This document shows positions 10,289 through 19,052 of a stretch of DNA of 64,000 nt, in pieces. The DNA is taken from the NCBI GenBank assembly GCA_947629655.1, contig CANREL010000004.1, forward strand, positions 13,577-77,576. The letters are read 5' to 3'. Positions within the stretch are counted from its first letter, which is position 1; each line of letters opens with the position of its first letter. Below the pieces are notes generated by a model. The model ran no database searches. It had not been told where the DNA came from and was given only the letters and a program-made list of their open reading frames with translations. The DNA is from an uncultured Bacilli bacterium (GTDB taxonomy: Bacteria; Bacillota_I; Bacilli_A; RF39; UBA660). A program made the position numbers and the translations under genes.

Positions 10289-11491
10289 ATGAAGAAGTTA
10301 GTTTTAATAATTTTGAGTTTATTAATTCTTTTACCAATAAAAAGTTATGCCTTAGTAGATGGTTATGAAGATGTCGTTCACGATGAAGTAGGAGTCGAGA
10401 CTAAAGAAGATGTTGTCAACATATATCTTTTTTATGGTGATGGTTGTCCCCATTGTGCCAAAGAAGAAAAACTTTTAAATCAATTGGAAGAAAAATATGG
10501 TGGACAGATAAAAGTCTATAGTTATGAGACTTGGAATAGTACTAAAAATAAAAATTTAATGATTAAAATAAAAAAGGAAAATGGTATAAATACTAGACTT
10601 GAAGGAGTTCCTTTCACAGTAATTGGCAAAAAGACTTATGTCGGTTATTCGGATTGGGTAGGAACTGAGTTGGAAAAGCAAATTAGATACAATCTAGAAC
10701 TTGATGATATAAGTGAAGAAGAAACAGTCATTCAAAAAAATAAAGTTCATATTCCGTTACTAGGGGACGTCAATGCTACTGATACAGCTGTTGGTGTTGC
10801 AGCAGTCATTTTAGGATTTGTCGATGGTTTCAATCCATGTGCTATGTGGGTATTGCTTTTCATCATAAGTATGTTATTTGGAATGAAGGATAGAAAGAAA
10901 ATGTTTATTTTAGGTTTTGCTTTTCTATTCACTTCGGCACTTTTCTATTTTTTATCAATGATTGGTATTAATATTGTCTTAGATTTTCTTTCAACTGATA
11001 AGATAAGAAGTTTAATTGGTCTTGTTGCAATCATCTTTGGTATTTACAATTTATATGTCTATTTTCGTGATCGTAAACTTGAAGATGGATGTCAAGTTGT
11101 CGATGATAAAAGGAGAAAGAACATAATAGCGAAAGTTAAAAAGATTAAAAATGCTAGAAATTTTTTCATAGCTTTAGGTGGAATAATCCTTTTAGCGATA
11201 TCAGTAAACATGGTAGAACTTGCTTGTAGTGCCGGTTTTCCAATGATATTTAATGAGGTCATGATCGCTAATGAAGTCGATGGTTTTTTAAGAATTATCT
11301 ATTTATTAATATATGTCTTTTTCTACATGATAGATGATATGGTAGTATTTACTATTTCGATGTGTACGTTGTCAATTGCGGGCATGACTACGAAATATAA
11401 TAAATTGATTAAGATCATTGGTGGGATATTGATGTTACTGATGGGAATCTTATTAATATTCAAACCGGAATGGATAATGTTAAATTTTTAA
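10289..11491 (+). CDS. Secreted thioredoxin domain fused to a CcdA/DsbD-like polytopic membrane domain (thiol:disulfide interchange).
   Basis: Signal peptide, then CPHC (GDGCPHCAKEE) in a thioredoxin-like segment. A 6-8 TM domain follows with the conserved Cys pair (FNPCAMW ... LACSAGFP) typical of CcdA/DsbD-beta. Confidence 0.65.
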   Translation: MKKLVLIILSLLILLPIKSYALVDGYEDVVHDEVGVETKEDVVNIYLFYGDGCPHCAKEEKLLNQLEEKYGGQIKVYSYETWNSTKNKNLMIKIKKENGINTRLEGVPFTVIGKKTYVGYSDWVGTELEKQIRYNLELDDISEEETVIQKNKVHIPLLGDVNATDTAVGVAAVILGFVDGFNPCAMWVLLFIISMLFGMKDRKKMFILGFAFLFTSALFYFLSMIGINIVLDFLSTDKIRSLIGLVAIIFGIYNLYVYFRDRKLEDGCQVVDDKRRKNIIAKVKKIKNARNFFIALGGIILLAISVNMVELACSAGFPMIFNEVMIANEVDGFLRIIYLLIYVFFYMIDDMVVFTISMCTLSIAGMTTKYNKLIKIIGGILMLLMGILLIFKPEWIMLNF

Positions 11492-11520
11492 AGTAAACTA
11501 TGTTTACTTTTTTTATTTTT
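11491..11520 (+). terminator. Intrinsic terminator.
   Basis: Hairpin AAGTAAAC-tatg-GTTTACTT followed by a T-run. Confidence 0.6.
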
Positions 11521-11547
11521 TCTTGATACAATTATAATGGTGATAGT

Positions 11548-11796
11548 ATGAGAGATGAAAAATTTACAATCGAGGTCGATGGTAAAATTATTGATTGTGA
11601 AGCTTTTTTAACTTTTACGCATAATGGTGATAATTTTATCGTTTTTACAGATCATGAATTAGATATGGAAAATGAAGAACGATTGATTGCTTCTAAATAC
11701 GTATTGAATGATGGAAAAGTTGTTCTTTTAGGAGAACTTAGTGATGAAGAATACGATTTAGTTGAAAAAGAAATGGAGAAGTTTATCAATGGATAA
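11548..11796 (+). CDS. DUF1292-family small protein.
   Basis: Typical DUF1292 layout: FTIEVDGK...FLTF..NGDNFIVF followed by an acidic C-terminus. Confidence 0.6.
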   Translation: MRDEKFTIEVDGKIIDCEAFLTFTHNGDNFIVFTDHELDMENEERLIASKYVLNDGKVVLLGELSDEEYDLVEKEMEKFING

Positions 11797-13063
11797 AAAT
11801 ACGATTGTCGTAGGAATCAATGGTGATAATATCTATGCTTGTGATGTCGTTGATGGCGTTTGGTATTACTATACAGAGCTAGAGATGAAGAGTTTATTAC
11901 AAGAATTAAAAGGTGTTCATTTCTCAGGTGTGACAGTAGATAAAAATGGTGATGTTACTTTTACTAGTGATGATGAAAAAATACTTTTTGGCAACATGGA
12001 TAAATTAAAAGAACATGATGCATTTAAAGATATTTATTTACATTTAAAAGAAGAGAGCGATAAAATTGTTAAAAATGCTCAAAAAGAAAAGTTAAAACAG
12101 CGAAAACATCATCGATTGACGAGACTTGCTGCTTTTACTATGGCCGCTTTTATAAGTTTACCAGGTTCGGTCGATGAAAGTTTGATACGAAGTAATGGAT
12201 TCAATTATATCGATCAGTATTTGACTTTAGATTTTGAAAATATAAAAGATAGTGAATTTTCACTTGGAGAACTCGATACAAGAGTATTACAAGGAATTTG
12301 TACAGTTGGTGAAAATACTTTTATAACAGCATATGATTCTAGTGATGATCGCGATAAATCAGTTGTCTACATTCTCGATAAAGACAATAATTGCATTAAT
12401 GAAAAATATTTATATAACAATAGTCATGTCGGTGGAATATGTTATGATGATGAGAATGAGATCTTTTGGATAACTGATAAAAATGGAACGATTAGCGGTT
12501 ATACTTATGATGCACTTTTTTATGACAAAGATGAAATTTGTACTCCTAAATTTAAACAGATTGATGTTGGAAGTGAGGATTTAATCAATTATCAAGGCAT
12601 TCCATCAGTTGGATATATTGCTTATCACAAGGGAAAAATATTCGTTGGTAATTTTGCGATTGATGGTAGTGGTATATTGAAGTCTTTTGATATCAAAAAA
12701 AATGGTAGTATCGATATTGAAAGTTGTAAAAAAGCGAAATTCTTTAATAAAGTTCAGGGAATATCTTTTTATGAAAAGAATGATGAGACGTATTTATTAG
12801 CTAGTGTTTCTTATGGAAAATATAGCGAATCTGATCTTTTAGTTTTAAAATATGATGAAGATTGTAATGACTATACCAAAAAAGTGACAACTAGTTGTAA
12901 GATGCCACCAATGATGGAACAGATAACATTTAATGATAATGGTAAATTGATGACTCTATATGAATCAAATGCCATCAAATATAAAACAGCATTTAGGAAT
13001 AATAGTGATGTCGTCGTTACTAATCTTGATAAAGTAGTAGATCAAGTTTTTAAATCATTATAG
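11789..13063 (+). CDS. Hypothetical protein with one internal TM/hydrophobic segment, possibly beta-propeller-like C-terminal region.
   Basis: The ATG at 11789 overlaps the upstream stop (ATGGATAA), with a GGAGAAG RBS. The ORF track extends to 11762, but that start overlaps the upstream gene. No recognisable family. Confidence 0.5.
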   Translation: MDKNTIVVGINGDNIYACDVVDGVWYYYTELEMKSLLQELKGVHFSGVTVDKNGDVTFTSDDEKILFGNMDKLKEHDAFKDIYLHLKEESDKIVKNAQKEKLKQRKHHRLTRLAAFTMAAFISLPGSVDESLIRSNGFNYIDQYLTLDFENIKDSEFSLGELDTRVLQGICTVGENTFITAYDSSDDRDKSVVYILDKDNNCINEKYLYNNSHVGGICYDDENEIFWITDKNGTISGYTYDALFYDKDEICTPKFKQIDVGSEDLINYQGIPSVGYIAYHKGKIFVGNFAIDGSGILKSFDIKKNGSIDIESCKKAKFFNKVQGISFYEKNDETYLLASVSYGKYSESDLLVLKYDEDCNDYTKKVTTSCKMPPMMEQITFNDNGKLMTLYESNAIKYKTAFRNNSDVVVTNLDKVVDQVFKSL

Positions 13064-13112
13064 ATATTTTTATTCAATTATTATATAATTTATTTTTGTG
13101 AGGAGTGATTTT

Positions 13113-14537
13113 ATGGCAAATGAAGTAAAAGAAATAACTAGTCGTGATGTCGATTTTGCTAAGTGGTATACCGATGTCGTCAAGAAAGCTGATTTAGTTG
13201 ATTATTCATCAGTTAAGGGAAGTATGATTATTAGACCATATGGTTATGCGATATGGGAAAACATTCAAAAAATATTAGATGAAGAATTTAAAAAGACAGG
13301 ACATGAAAATGTTCAAATGCCGATGTTCATTCCAGAGAGTTTACTAAATGTGGAAAAAGAGCACGTCCAAGGTTTTGCTCCTGAAGTTGCTTGGGTTACA
13401 CATGGTGGAAGTGAAAAGTTGGAAGAGAGAATGTGCGTTCGACCAACTAGTGAAGTTTTATTCTGTGATCATTTCAAAAAGATAATAAAGTCATATCGTG
13501 ATTTACCAATTTTATACAATCAATGGTGTACGATTGTCAGATGGGAAAAGACAACTCGTCCTTTCTTGAGAAGTCGTGAAATATTATGGCAAGAGGGACA
13601 TACGATGCACGCTACAGAAGAAGATGCTAGAAATGAGACTTTGCGAATGTTAAAAGTCTATGAAGATTTTCAAAGAAATATTTTGGCACTTCCCGTAATT
13701 GTTGGTAAGAAAACTGATAAAGAAAAATTTGCTGGTGCTTTAGAGAGCTATACATTGGAAGCTATGATGTATGATGGTGTAGCTTTACAAAATGGAACGA
13801 GTCATTATTTTGGTAATGGTTTTGCCAAAGCTTTTGGAATAGAATTTTTAAATAAAGAGAATAAAATGGTCAATCCATATCAGACGTCATGGGGTACGAC
13901 AACACGTATGATTGGAGCTATTATAATGACTCATGGTGATGATAACGGTTTAGTTCTACCACCTAATATCGCACCATTTAAAACAATTGTCATTCCGATT
14001 GGTAAGGACGAAAAAGTTTTACAAAAAGCAGATGAAATAAAAAATTTATTAATTGATAATAACATATCTAGTAAAATCGATTTAACAGATAAGACTCCAG
14101 GGTTCAAATTCGCTGAAGCTGAAGTTAAAGGTTACCCAATTCGTGTGGAAGTTGGACCAAGGGATCTTGCTAATGATCTAGTAACTTTAGTAAGACGAGA
14201 TACTCTTGAAAAAATCCAAGTAAAAATAGAAGATGTCTTGATGGAAGTAAGTAATTTATTAGTCGATATTCAAAGAAATTTATATGATCGTGCTTTGAAA
14301 AGACGTGATTCTATGATCTATGAAGCTCACAATTATGAAGAGTTTACAGATATAGCTAATAATAAGTCAGGATTCATCAAAACGAATTGGTGTGGAGATG
14401 TAGCTTGTGAAAATAAGATTAAAGATGATTTTGGAATTAAATCGCGTTGTTTAATTGAAGATGAAGAAGTAAATGGTCCTTGTGTTTGTTGTGGAATAGA
14501 AGCAAGATATCGAATTTATTTCGGAAGACAATACTAA
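13113..14537 (+). CDS. proS: Prolyl-tRNA synthetase, archaeal/eukaryotic-like type (no editing insertion, C-terminal Zn domain).
   Basis: Class-II aaRS motifs (MIIRPYGY, FRSREILWQEGHT) and a C-terminal Cys cluster (CGDVAC...CVCCG). GAGGAGTGA RBS precedes the ATG at 13113. Confidence 0.9.
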   Translation: MANEVKEITSRDVDFAKWYTDVVKKADLVDYSSVKGSMIIRPYGYAIWENIQKILDEEFKKTGHENVQMPMFIPESLLNVEKEHVQGFAPEVAWVTHGGSEKLEERMCVRPTSEVLFCDHFKKIIKSYRDLPILYNQWCTIVRWEKTTRPFLRSREILWQEGHTMHATEEDARNETLRMLKVYEDFQRNILALPVIVGKKTDKEKFAGALESYTLEAMMYDGVALQNGTSHYFGNGFAKAFGIEFLNKENKMVNPYQTSWGTTTRMIGAIIMTHGDDNGLVLPPNIAPFKTIVIPIGKDEKVLQKADEIKNLLIDNNISSKIDLTDKTPGFKFAEAEVKGYPIRVEVGPRDLANDLVTLVRRDTLEKIQVKIEDVLMEVSNLLVDIQRNLYDRALKRRDSMIYEAHNYEEFTDIANNKSGFIKTNWCGDVACENKIKDDFGIKSRCLIEDEEVNGPCVCCGIEARYRIYFGRQY

Positions 14538-14540
14538 TTA

Positions 14541-14566
14541 GAAAGTTTGATACTTTCTTTTTTTTC
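14541..14566 (+). terminator. Intrinsic terminator after proS.
   Basis: GAAAGT-ttgat-ACTTTC hairpin followed by T9. Confidence 0.65.
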
Positions 14567-14614
14567 GACAAAATTCTTCTCGAAGAGATATTATCATCAT
14601 AATAGGTGATTAAT

Positions 14615-15079
14615 GTGAAGAAAAGACTCATTAGAAGTGTTATAATTCCTCTTTTAGTAGCGATTACGCTAGGGTTTTATGGAGCTAAAATTGCTTATGA
14701 TTTCTATCAGGTAAAAAAGACGATAAGAGAAACTGATTATAATGCTTTTGCTGTGCAGTATGGTGCTTATACCAGTATTGAAACTTTAAAAAAAGGTCTT
14801 GAAGGCATTGATAATTATGTCGTTAGTACTGAAGATGGAAAATATTATGTCTATTTAGGTTTTACGACTAATCCTGATAATCTTTCCAAAATACGTCATC
14901 TATATGAAAAAGAAGATAGGGAAATATATACTAAGAAATTATTCATCAACAATTCAGAATTTGTGAGTAGTCTTGAACAGTTTGACGTCTTACTCGCTAG
15001 TGCTAATGAAGAAGATGATATATCATCGATAAATAATGCTATTTTATCGAGTTATGATGAAATTATTTTAGGTAATTAG
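14615..15079 (+). CDS. Membrane-anchored protein with a SPOR-like domain.
   Basis: N-terminal TM; AFAVQYGAYTSIETLKKGL...YYVYLGF resembles a SPOR fold. GTG start 7 nt after an AGGTGA RBS. Confidence 0.45.
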   Translation: MKKRLIRSVIIPLLVAITLGFYGAKIAYDFYQVKKTIRETDYNAFAVQYGAYTSIETLKKGLEGIDNYVVSTEDGKYYVYLGFTTNPDNLSKIRHLYEKEDREIYTKKLFINNSEFVSSLEQFDVLLASANEEDDISSINNAILSSYDEIILGN

Positions 15080-15112
15080 AGAATAATCATTAATAATAAT
15101 ATTGGTGATTAT

Positions 15113-15784
15113 ATGATAAAAGATATACCAATTGCTGAAAGACCACGTGAGCGAGCATTGGATTTAGGAGTAGAAAATTTATCAAATAGTGAATTGTTGT
15201 CAATAATATTGCGAACTGGTACTAATAATAAAAGTGTAAAAGATTTATCTTTAGAAATAATTGATCTAGTTGGTGATATTTCTAATTTTAAGTCCTTAAC
15301 TTTGAACAAATTATTGACAATTAGAGGAATAGGTAGAGTTAAAGCGATTGAATTGATCAGTGTAATTGAGTTTTCTAAAAGAATATATTTAGGTAATAAC
15401 AAGAGTCACATAAAAATAAGTTCAGTTAATGATGTCGTTAATAATTATAAAAACTTATTTTTTAACGTCAAACAAGAGATGTTTTATTGCCTTTATTTAA
15501 ATAATAAAAATGTGGTAATTGAAAGGAAATTGTTATTTATGGGAACTATTAATCGAAGTGTAGTACATCCACGTGAAATATTTAAAAACGCTTATCTATG
15601 CAGTGCTTCGGGAATCATTTGTATGCACAATCATCCAAGTGGTGATATCACTCCTTCAATTGAAGATAAAAGACTTACGAAAACTTTAGTCGATATTGGT
15701 AAAATTCAAAATATTCCCATTCTTGATCACGTCATAATTGGGGAAGATAATTATTTCAGTTTTATGGAGAGTGGTCTATTATGA
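15113..15784 (+). CDS. radC: RadC-family (UPF0758) JAB-domain protein.
   Basis: HNHPSGD JAMM motif and an N-terminal HhH region. Located upstream of mreC as in Bacillus. Confidence 0.85.
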   Translation: MIKDIPIAERPRERALDLGVENLSNSELLSIILRTGTNNKSVKDLSLEIIDLVGDISNFKSLTLNKLLTIRGIGRVKAIELISVIEFSKRIYLGNNKSHIKISSVNDVVNNYKNLFFNVKQEMFYCLYLNNKNVVIERKLLFMGTINRSVVHPREIFKNAYLCSASGIICMHNHPSGDITPSIEDKRLTKTLVDIGKIQNIPILDHVIIGEDNYFSFMESGLL

Positions 15785-16524
15785 AGAGAAAGAAAAAAAG
15801 AATAAAAATTGTCGATTTAAAATATAAAATTATCATCGTAATGACTATTTTAGTAATAGCTATTGCGCTTTTGAGTTATTCTTTTACGAGTGATAATTTG
15901 TACATAACTAGTAGTATCAATAATATTTTTTACTATCCCTTTAACGGTTTGACAAATGATGAAGATATCATCGGTAAAAATATGAATGACGAATTACAAC
16001 AAGAAGTTGCTTCTTTGAAAAAAATTACTAATATCAATAATGTTTTAAGTGATTTTGAAAAGATCAATGGTGTCGTCATATCACGCAATATTGCGTATTG
16101 GCTTGATGATGTCATCGTTAATCGCGGTCAAAAAAATGGGGTTGAAAAGGGAATGGCAGTCGTTGTCAGTGAAGGACTTGTCGGTTATGTCAGTGATGTC
16201 TATGACACGTCTTCAAGAGTTACTCTAATTACTAATAGTTCATATAATAAGACTTCTGTTAGAGTAAATGATATCTATTTGATACTTGAATACGATAGTA
16301 ATAACAATCTCATAATCAATCAACTAGATAATAGTGATAAGATCAAAGTTGGTGATGTTGTCTACACCAGTGGTTTGACTGATAAATTTCCTGCTGGTTT
16401 GACGATTGGATATATTTCTAAAATAGAAGATAACAGTTATGGTACAGGAAAAAAGTTATATGTCGATTTGTATTATGACGTCAACGCTATAAGATATGTA
16501 ACCTTTTTAAAGAGGCAAGTATGA
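15781..16524 (+). CDS. mreC: Rod-shape-determining protein MreC.
   Basis: N-terminal TM, a coiled-coil, and a beta-rich C-terminal region (GLVGYVSDV...TSGL..FPAGL). Start overlaps the radC stop. Confidence 0.8.
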   Translation: MKRKKKRIKIVDLKYKIIIVMTILVIAIALLSYSFTSDNLYITSSINNIFYYPFNGLTNDEDIIGKNMNDELQQEVASLKKITNINNVLSDFEKINGVVISRNIAYWLDDVIVNRGQKNGVEKGMAVVVSEGLVGYVSDVYDTSSRVTLITNSSYNKTSVRVNDIYLILEYDSNNNLIINQLDNSDKIKVGDVVYTSGLTDKFPAGLTIGYISKIEDNSYGTGKKLYVDLYYDVNAIRYVTFLKRQV

Positions 16525-16985
16525 TGAATATAATTGTGACTATTTTATTGTTTTTATCACTAGTTTTAGATTTTTTACTCTCTAATTTCATACCATTTGC
16601 TTTCAATGACATAACTTTTATATATCCCATGTTTTTTGTTGCGACTAATATCGTCTTATGCAAGTACTTAAATAAGAATAATGTATACATATTTCTATTA
16701 TTTGTCATCATCTATTCTTCTCTTGCTTTTAACAATATAATTTTAGGAATAATTGTTTATGCAGTCATCTATACTTTTAATAGATTTACAGATAAAATAG
16801 CGATATATTTACGCTTGGGATTATCAATTGTTCTATATGATCTATTACTATATACAATACTGATAATTTTTAAAGGATATGATTTAAACATCATCTTTTA
16901 TTGGTATAAGTTATCAAGATCAATAATCTTTAATCTTATTTATATGATTATTTTTAATTTAGTTCTAAAAAAAATAAATCCTTAA
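16521..16985 (+). CDS. mreD: Rod-shape-determining protein MreD (polytopic membrane protein).
   Basis: 154-aa, 5-TM hydrophobic protein translationally coupled to mreC (ATGA overlap). Confidence 0.6.
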   Translation: MMNIIVTILLFLSLVLDFLLSNFIPFAFNDITFIYPMFFVATNIVLCKYLNKNNVYIFLLFVIIYSSLAFNNIILGIIVYAVIYTFNRFTDKIAIYLRLGLSIVLYDLLLYTILIIFKGYDLNIIFYWYKLSRSIIFNLIYMIIFNLVLKKINP

Positions 16986-17007
16986 TATTTTATATTGAGG
17001 TGTTTTT

Positions 17008-17592
17008 ATGGACTATACCGATAGTAAATTTTTAAAAGAAAAAGATCGAGTTAAGAAGAGTGGATTCAAATCTTTCTTTAATAAGATTTTGTTTTGTATC
17101 TTAATATTTTTGATCGCTTTAATAGTTGTTAAAGGTAATCCCAACATAAAAGAAAAATTATATAGTTATATATATGAAAATAATATATCTTTTTCTAAAT
17201 TACATGATTTGTATGATAAATATTTAGGAGGAATTGTTCCTTTTGATAATGTCTTAGTAGATGATACAGTAGCTGTTTTTAAAGAAAATTTGGAGTATGA
17301 AGAGAAAAAAGATTACAATTCAGGAGTTAAATTAGTAGTGGATAACAATTATTTAGTTCCTGTCATTGAAAGTGGTATTGTCGTCTACATTGGCGATAAA
17401 GAAGGTTATGGGAATACAGTTATCATCCAACAAGTGGATGGAGTAGATGCTTGGTATAGTAATGTCGATACTAATATATCTCTATATGATTACGTAGAAA
17501 AAGGATCACTTTTAGGTAATACTAAAGATAATAATTTATATCTATATTTTCAAAAAGATGGAAAATTTATCGATTATAAAGAGTATATCTAA
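17008..17592 (+). CDS. Membrane-anchored M23/LytM-domain protein, SpoIVFA-like.
   Basis: N-terminal TM; C-terminal VVYIGDKEGYGNTVIIQQVDGVDAWYSNVD resembles a degenerate LytM domain. Gene order after mreCD and before an S2P protease mirrors spoIVFA in Bacillus subtilis. Confidence 0.5.
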   Translation: MDYTDSKFLKEKDRVKKSGFKSFFNKILFCILIFLIALIVVKGNPNIKEKLYSYIYENNISFSKLHDLYDKYLGGIVPFDNVLVDDTVAVFKENLEYEEKKDYNSGVKLVVDNNYLVPVIESGIVVYIGDKEGYGNTVIIQQVDGVDAWYSNVDTNISLYDYVEKGSLLGNTKDNNLYLYFQKDGKFIDYKEYI

Positions 17593-18322
17593 AAAGATTT
17601 ATATTGATTCTTTTTTCTATTTTTTTATTTTGATTTCTTGCCTTACAGCTAATTTTAAAAATTTTTTATTATTTTTTTCCATTATTTTAATCCATGAGAT
17701 GGGTCATTTGATAGTTGGGGTACTTTTGGGATGGAATGTTGATAAAATATGTCTATATCCCTATGGTGGCATGACGCGGTTCAGTGAAGATATAAATAGA
17801 AAAATAAGTGAAGAATTATTAATTTTAATCAGTGGTCCACTAGTTCAAAGCATTTATTTTTTTATTGGTAATGAGTTATTTAAGAGTGCTAGTTTCAATT
17901 ACTATAACATAGCAATCTTATCATTTAATTTACTACCCATATATCCTTTGGATGGTGGTAGAATTCTAAATCTTTTGTTCAATTATTTTTGGTCGTTTAG
18001 AACTAGTTATCACTTATCGATGATAATATCTTTTGGCGTGGCTTTTTTACTACTTTGGATATCTTTAGTAAACGGTTATACTCTTAACATTATTCTAATG
18101 TTTTTAATCGTCATCTCTAAACTTGTAAAAGAGTTTAAAAAGAGGAGATACTATTTCAACAAATTTATTTTAGAGAGATATATGAACAATTATAATTTTT
18201 CAAAGTTAAAAATAATTTCATCAATAAAAAAGATGATGCGCGACTATCGTCACATCATCAAAAATAATGATACTTATTACACCGAAAAAGAATATTTAAA
18301 CAAATTATATCGAAGTAAATGA
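17558..18322 (+). CDS. spoIVFB: Site-2 protease (M50), SpoIVFB-like pro-sigma-K processing protease.
   Basis: HEMGHL zinc motif in a TM helix, and a second LDGG motif (NLLPIYPLDGGRIL). Confidence 0.7.
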   Translation: MENLSIIKSISKKIYIDSFFYFFILISCLTANFKNFLLFFSIILIHEMGHLIVGVLLGWNVDKICLYPYGGMTRFSEDINRKISEELLILISGPLVQSIYFFIGNELFKSASFNYYNIAILSFNLLPIYPLDGGRILNLLFNYFWSFRTSYHLSMIISFGVAFLLLWISLVNGYTLNIILMFLIVISKLVKEFKKRRYYFNKFILERYMNNYNFSKLKIISSIKKMMRDYRHIIKNNDTYYTEKEYLNKLYRSK

Positions 18323-18952
18323 CATTTGAACTTTATCTTTTTCAAGTTCTTTTTCGACTTTCTTTTTATCTATTTTTTTTATGTATTTTAAATAGCACTT
18401 TCCACAAAGAGGAACATATTCAATGTCATCACTTGATCCATCAATGACATTTTGTTCACCAGATGATGTGAATTTACCATTTACTTTACGGGCATTGAAG
18501 CGAGCTTTTTTGCCACAAGTACAAATGGTTTCCAATTCTTTGACGGAATCACATAATTCTAAAAGCCGCTTTGAACCGGGAAAGCTGTTGGTTTGAAAAT
18601 CACTTTTTAATCCAAAACAAATTACGGGTATTTCTAAAGTTTTAGTGATGTACCACAATTCTTCAATTTGTTGTGGTGTTAAAAACTGTACTTCATCTAC
18701 TAAGATACATTCAGCACTTTTAATCTTGGATGAATACTTTTTTTGTAGTAATGGTTCATCTTCTTTTAAAATGATGTCAACTTGTCTTTTAGGACCGATG
18801 CGCGATACTAGATAATCATTACCTTTGGTATCGATTGATGATTTGATGAGAATGACATTTTTATTATTTTCAGTATAGTTATAAGCAACTTGTAGTAACA
18901 TCATACTTTTACCAGAATTCATTGCTCCATAACGAAATTCTAATTTTGCCAT
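18305..18952 (-). CDS. tdk: Thymidine kinase.
   Basis: P-loop GAMNSGKS and a C-terminal Zn ribbon (CTCGKKA...CGKCY). Confidence 0.9.
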   Translation of the reverse strand: MAKLEFRYGAMNSGKSMMLLQVAYNYTENNKNVILIKSSIDTKGNDYLVSRIGPKRQVDIILKEDEPLLQKKYSSKIKSAECILVDEVQFLTPQQIEELWYITKTLEIPVICFGLKSDFQTNSFPGSKRLLELCDSVKELETICTCGKKARFNARKVNGKFTSSGEQNVIDGSSDDIEYVPLCGKCYLKYIKKIDKKKVEKELEKDKVQMSFTSI

Positions 18953-19052
18953 AAAACCACGCCCCTAATTCTAATTATAAATATCTTTATTTTTTTGTCA
19001 AAGCAATTTTAAAATTTTATTAATAATATTATAATTAGATACATAGAATGGA

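Noticed and set aside
17558-17592. The 35-nt overlap between the SpoIVFA-like and SpoIVFB-like ORFs could be a frameshift or fusion.
   Set aside because: The two proteins are in different frames with complete, sensible termini. Overlapping coupled genes are common here, and the exact S2P start (possibly an internal TTG) is simply uncertain.
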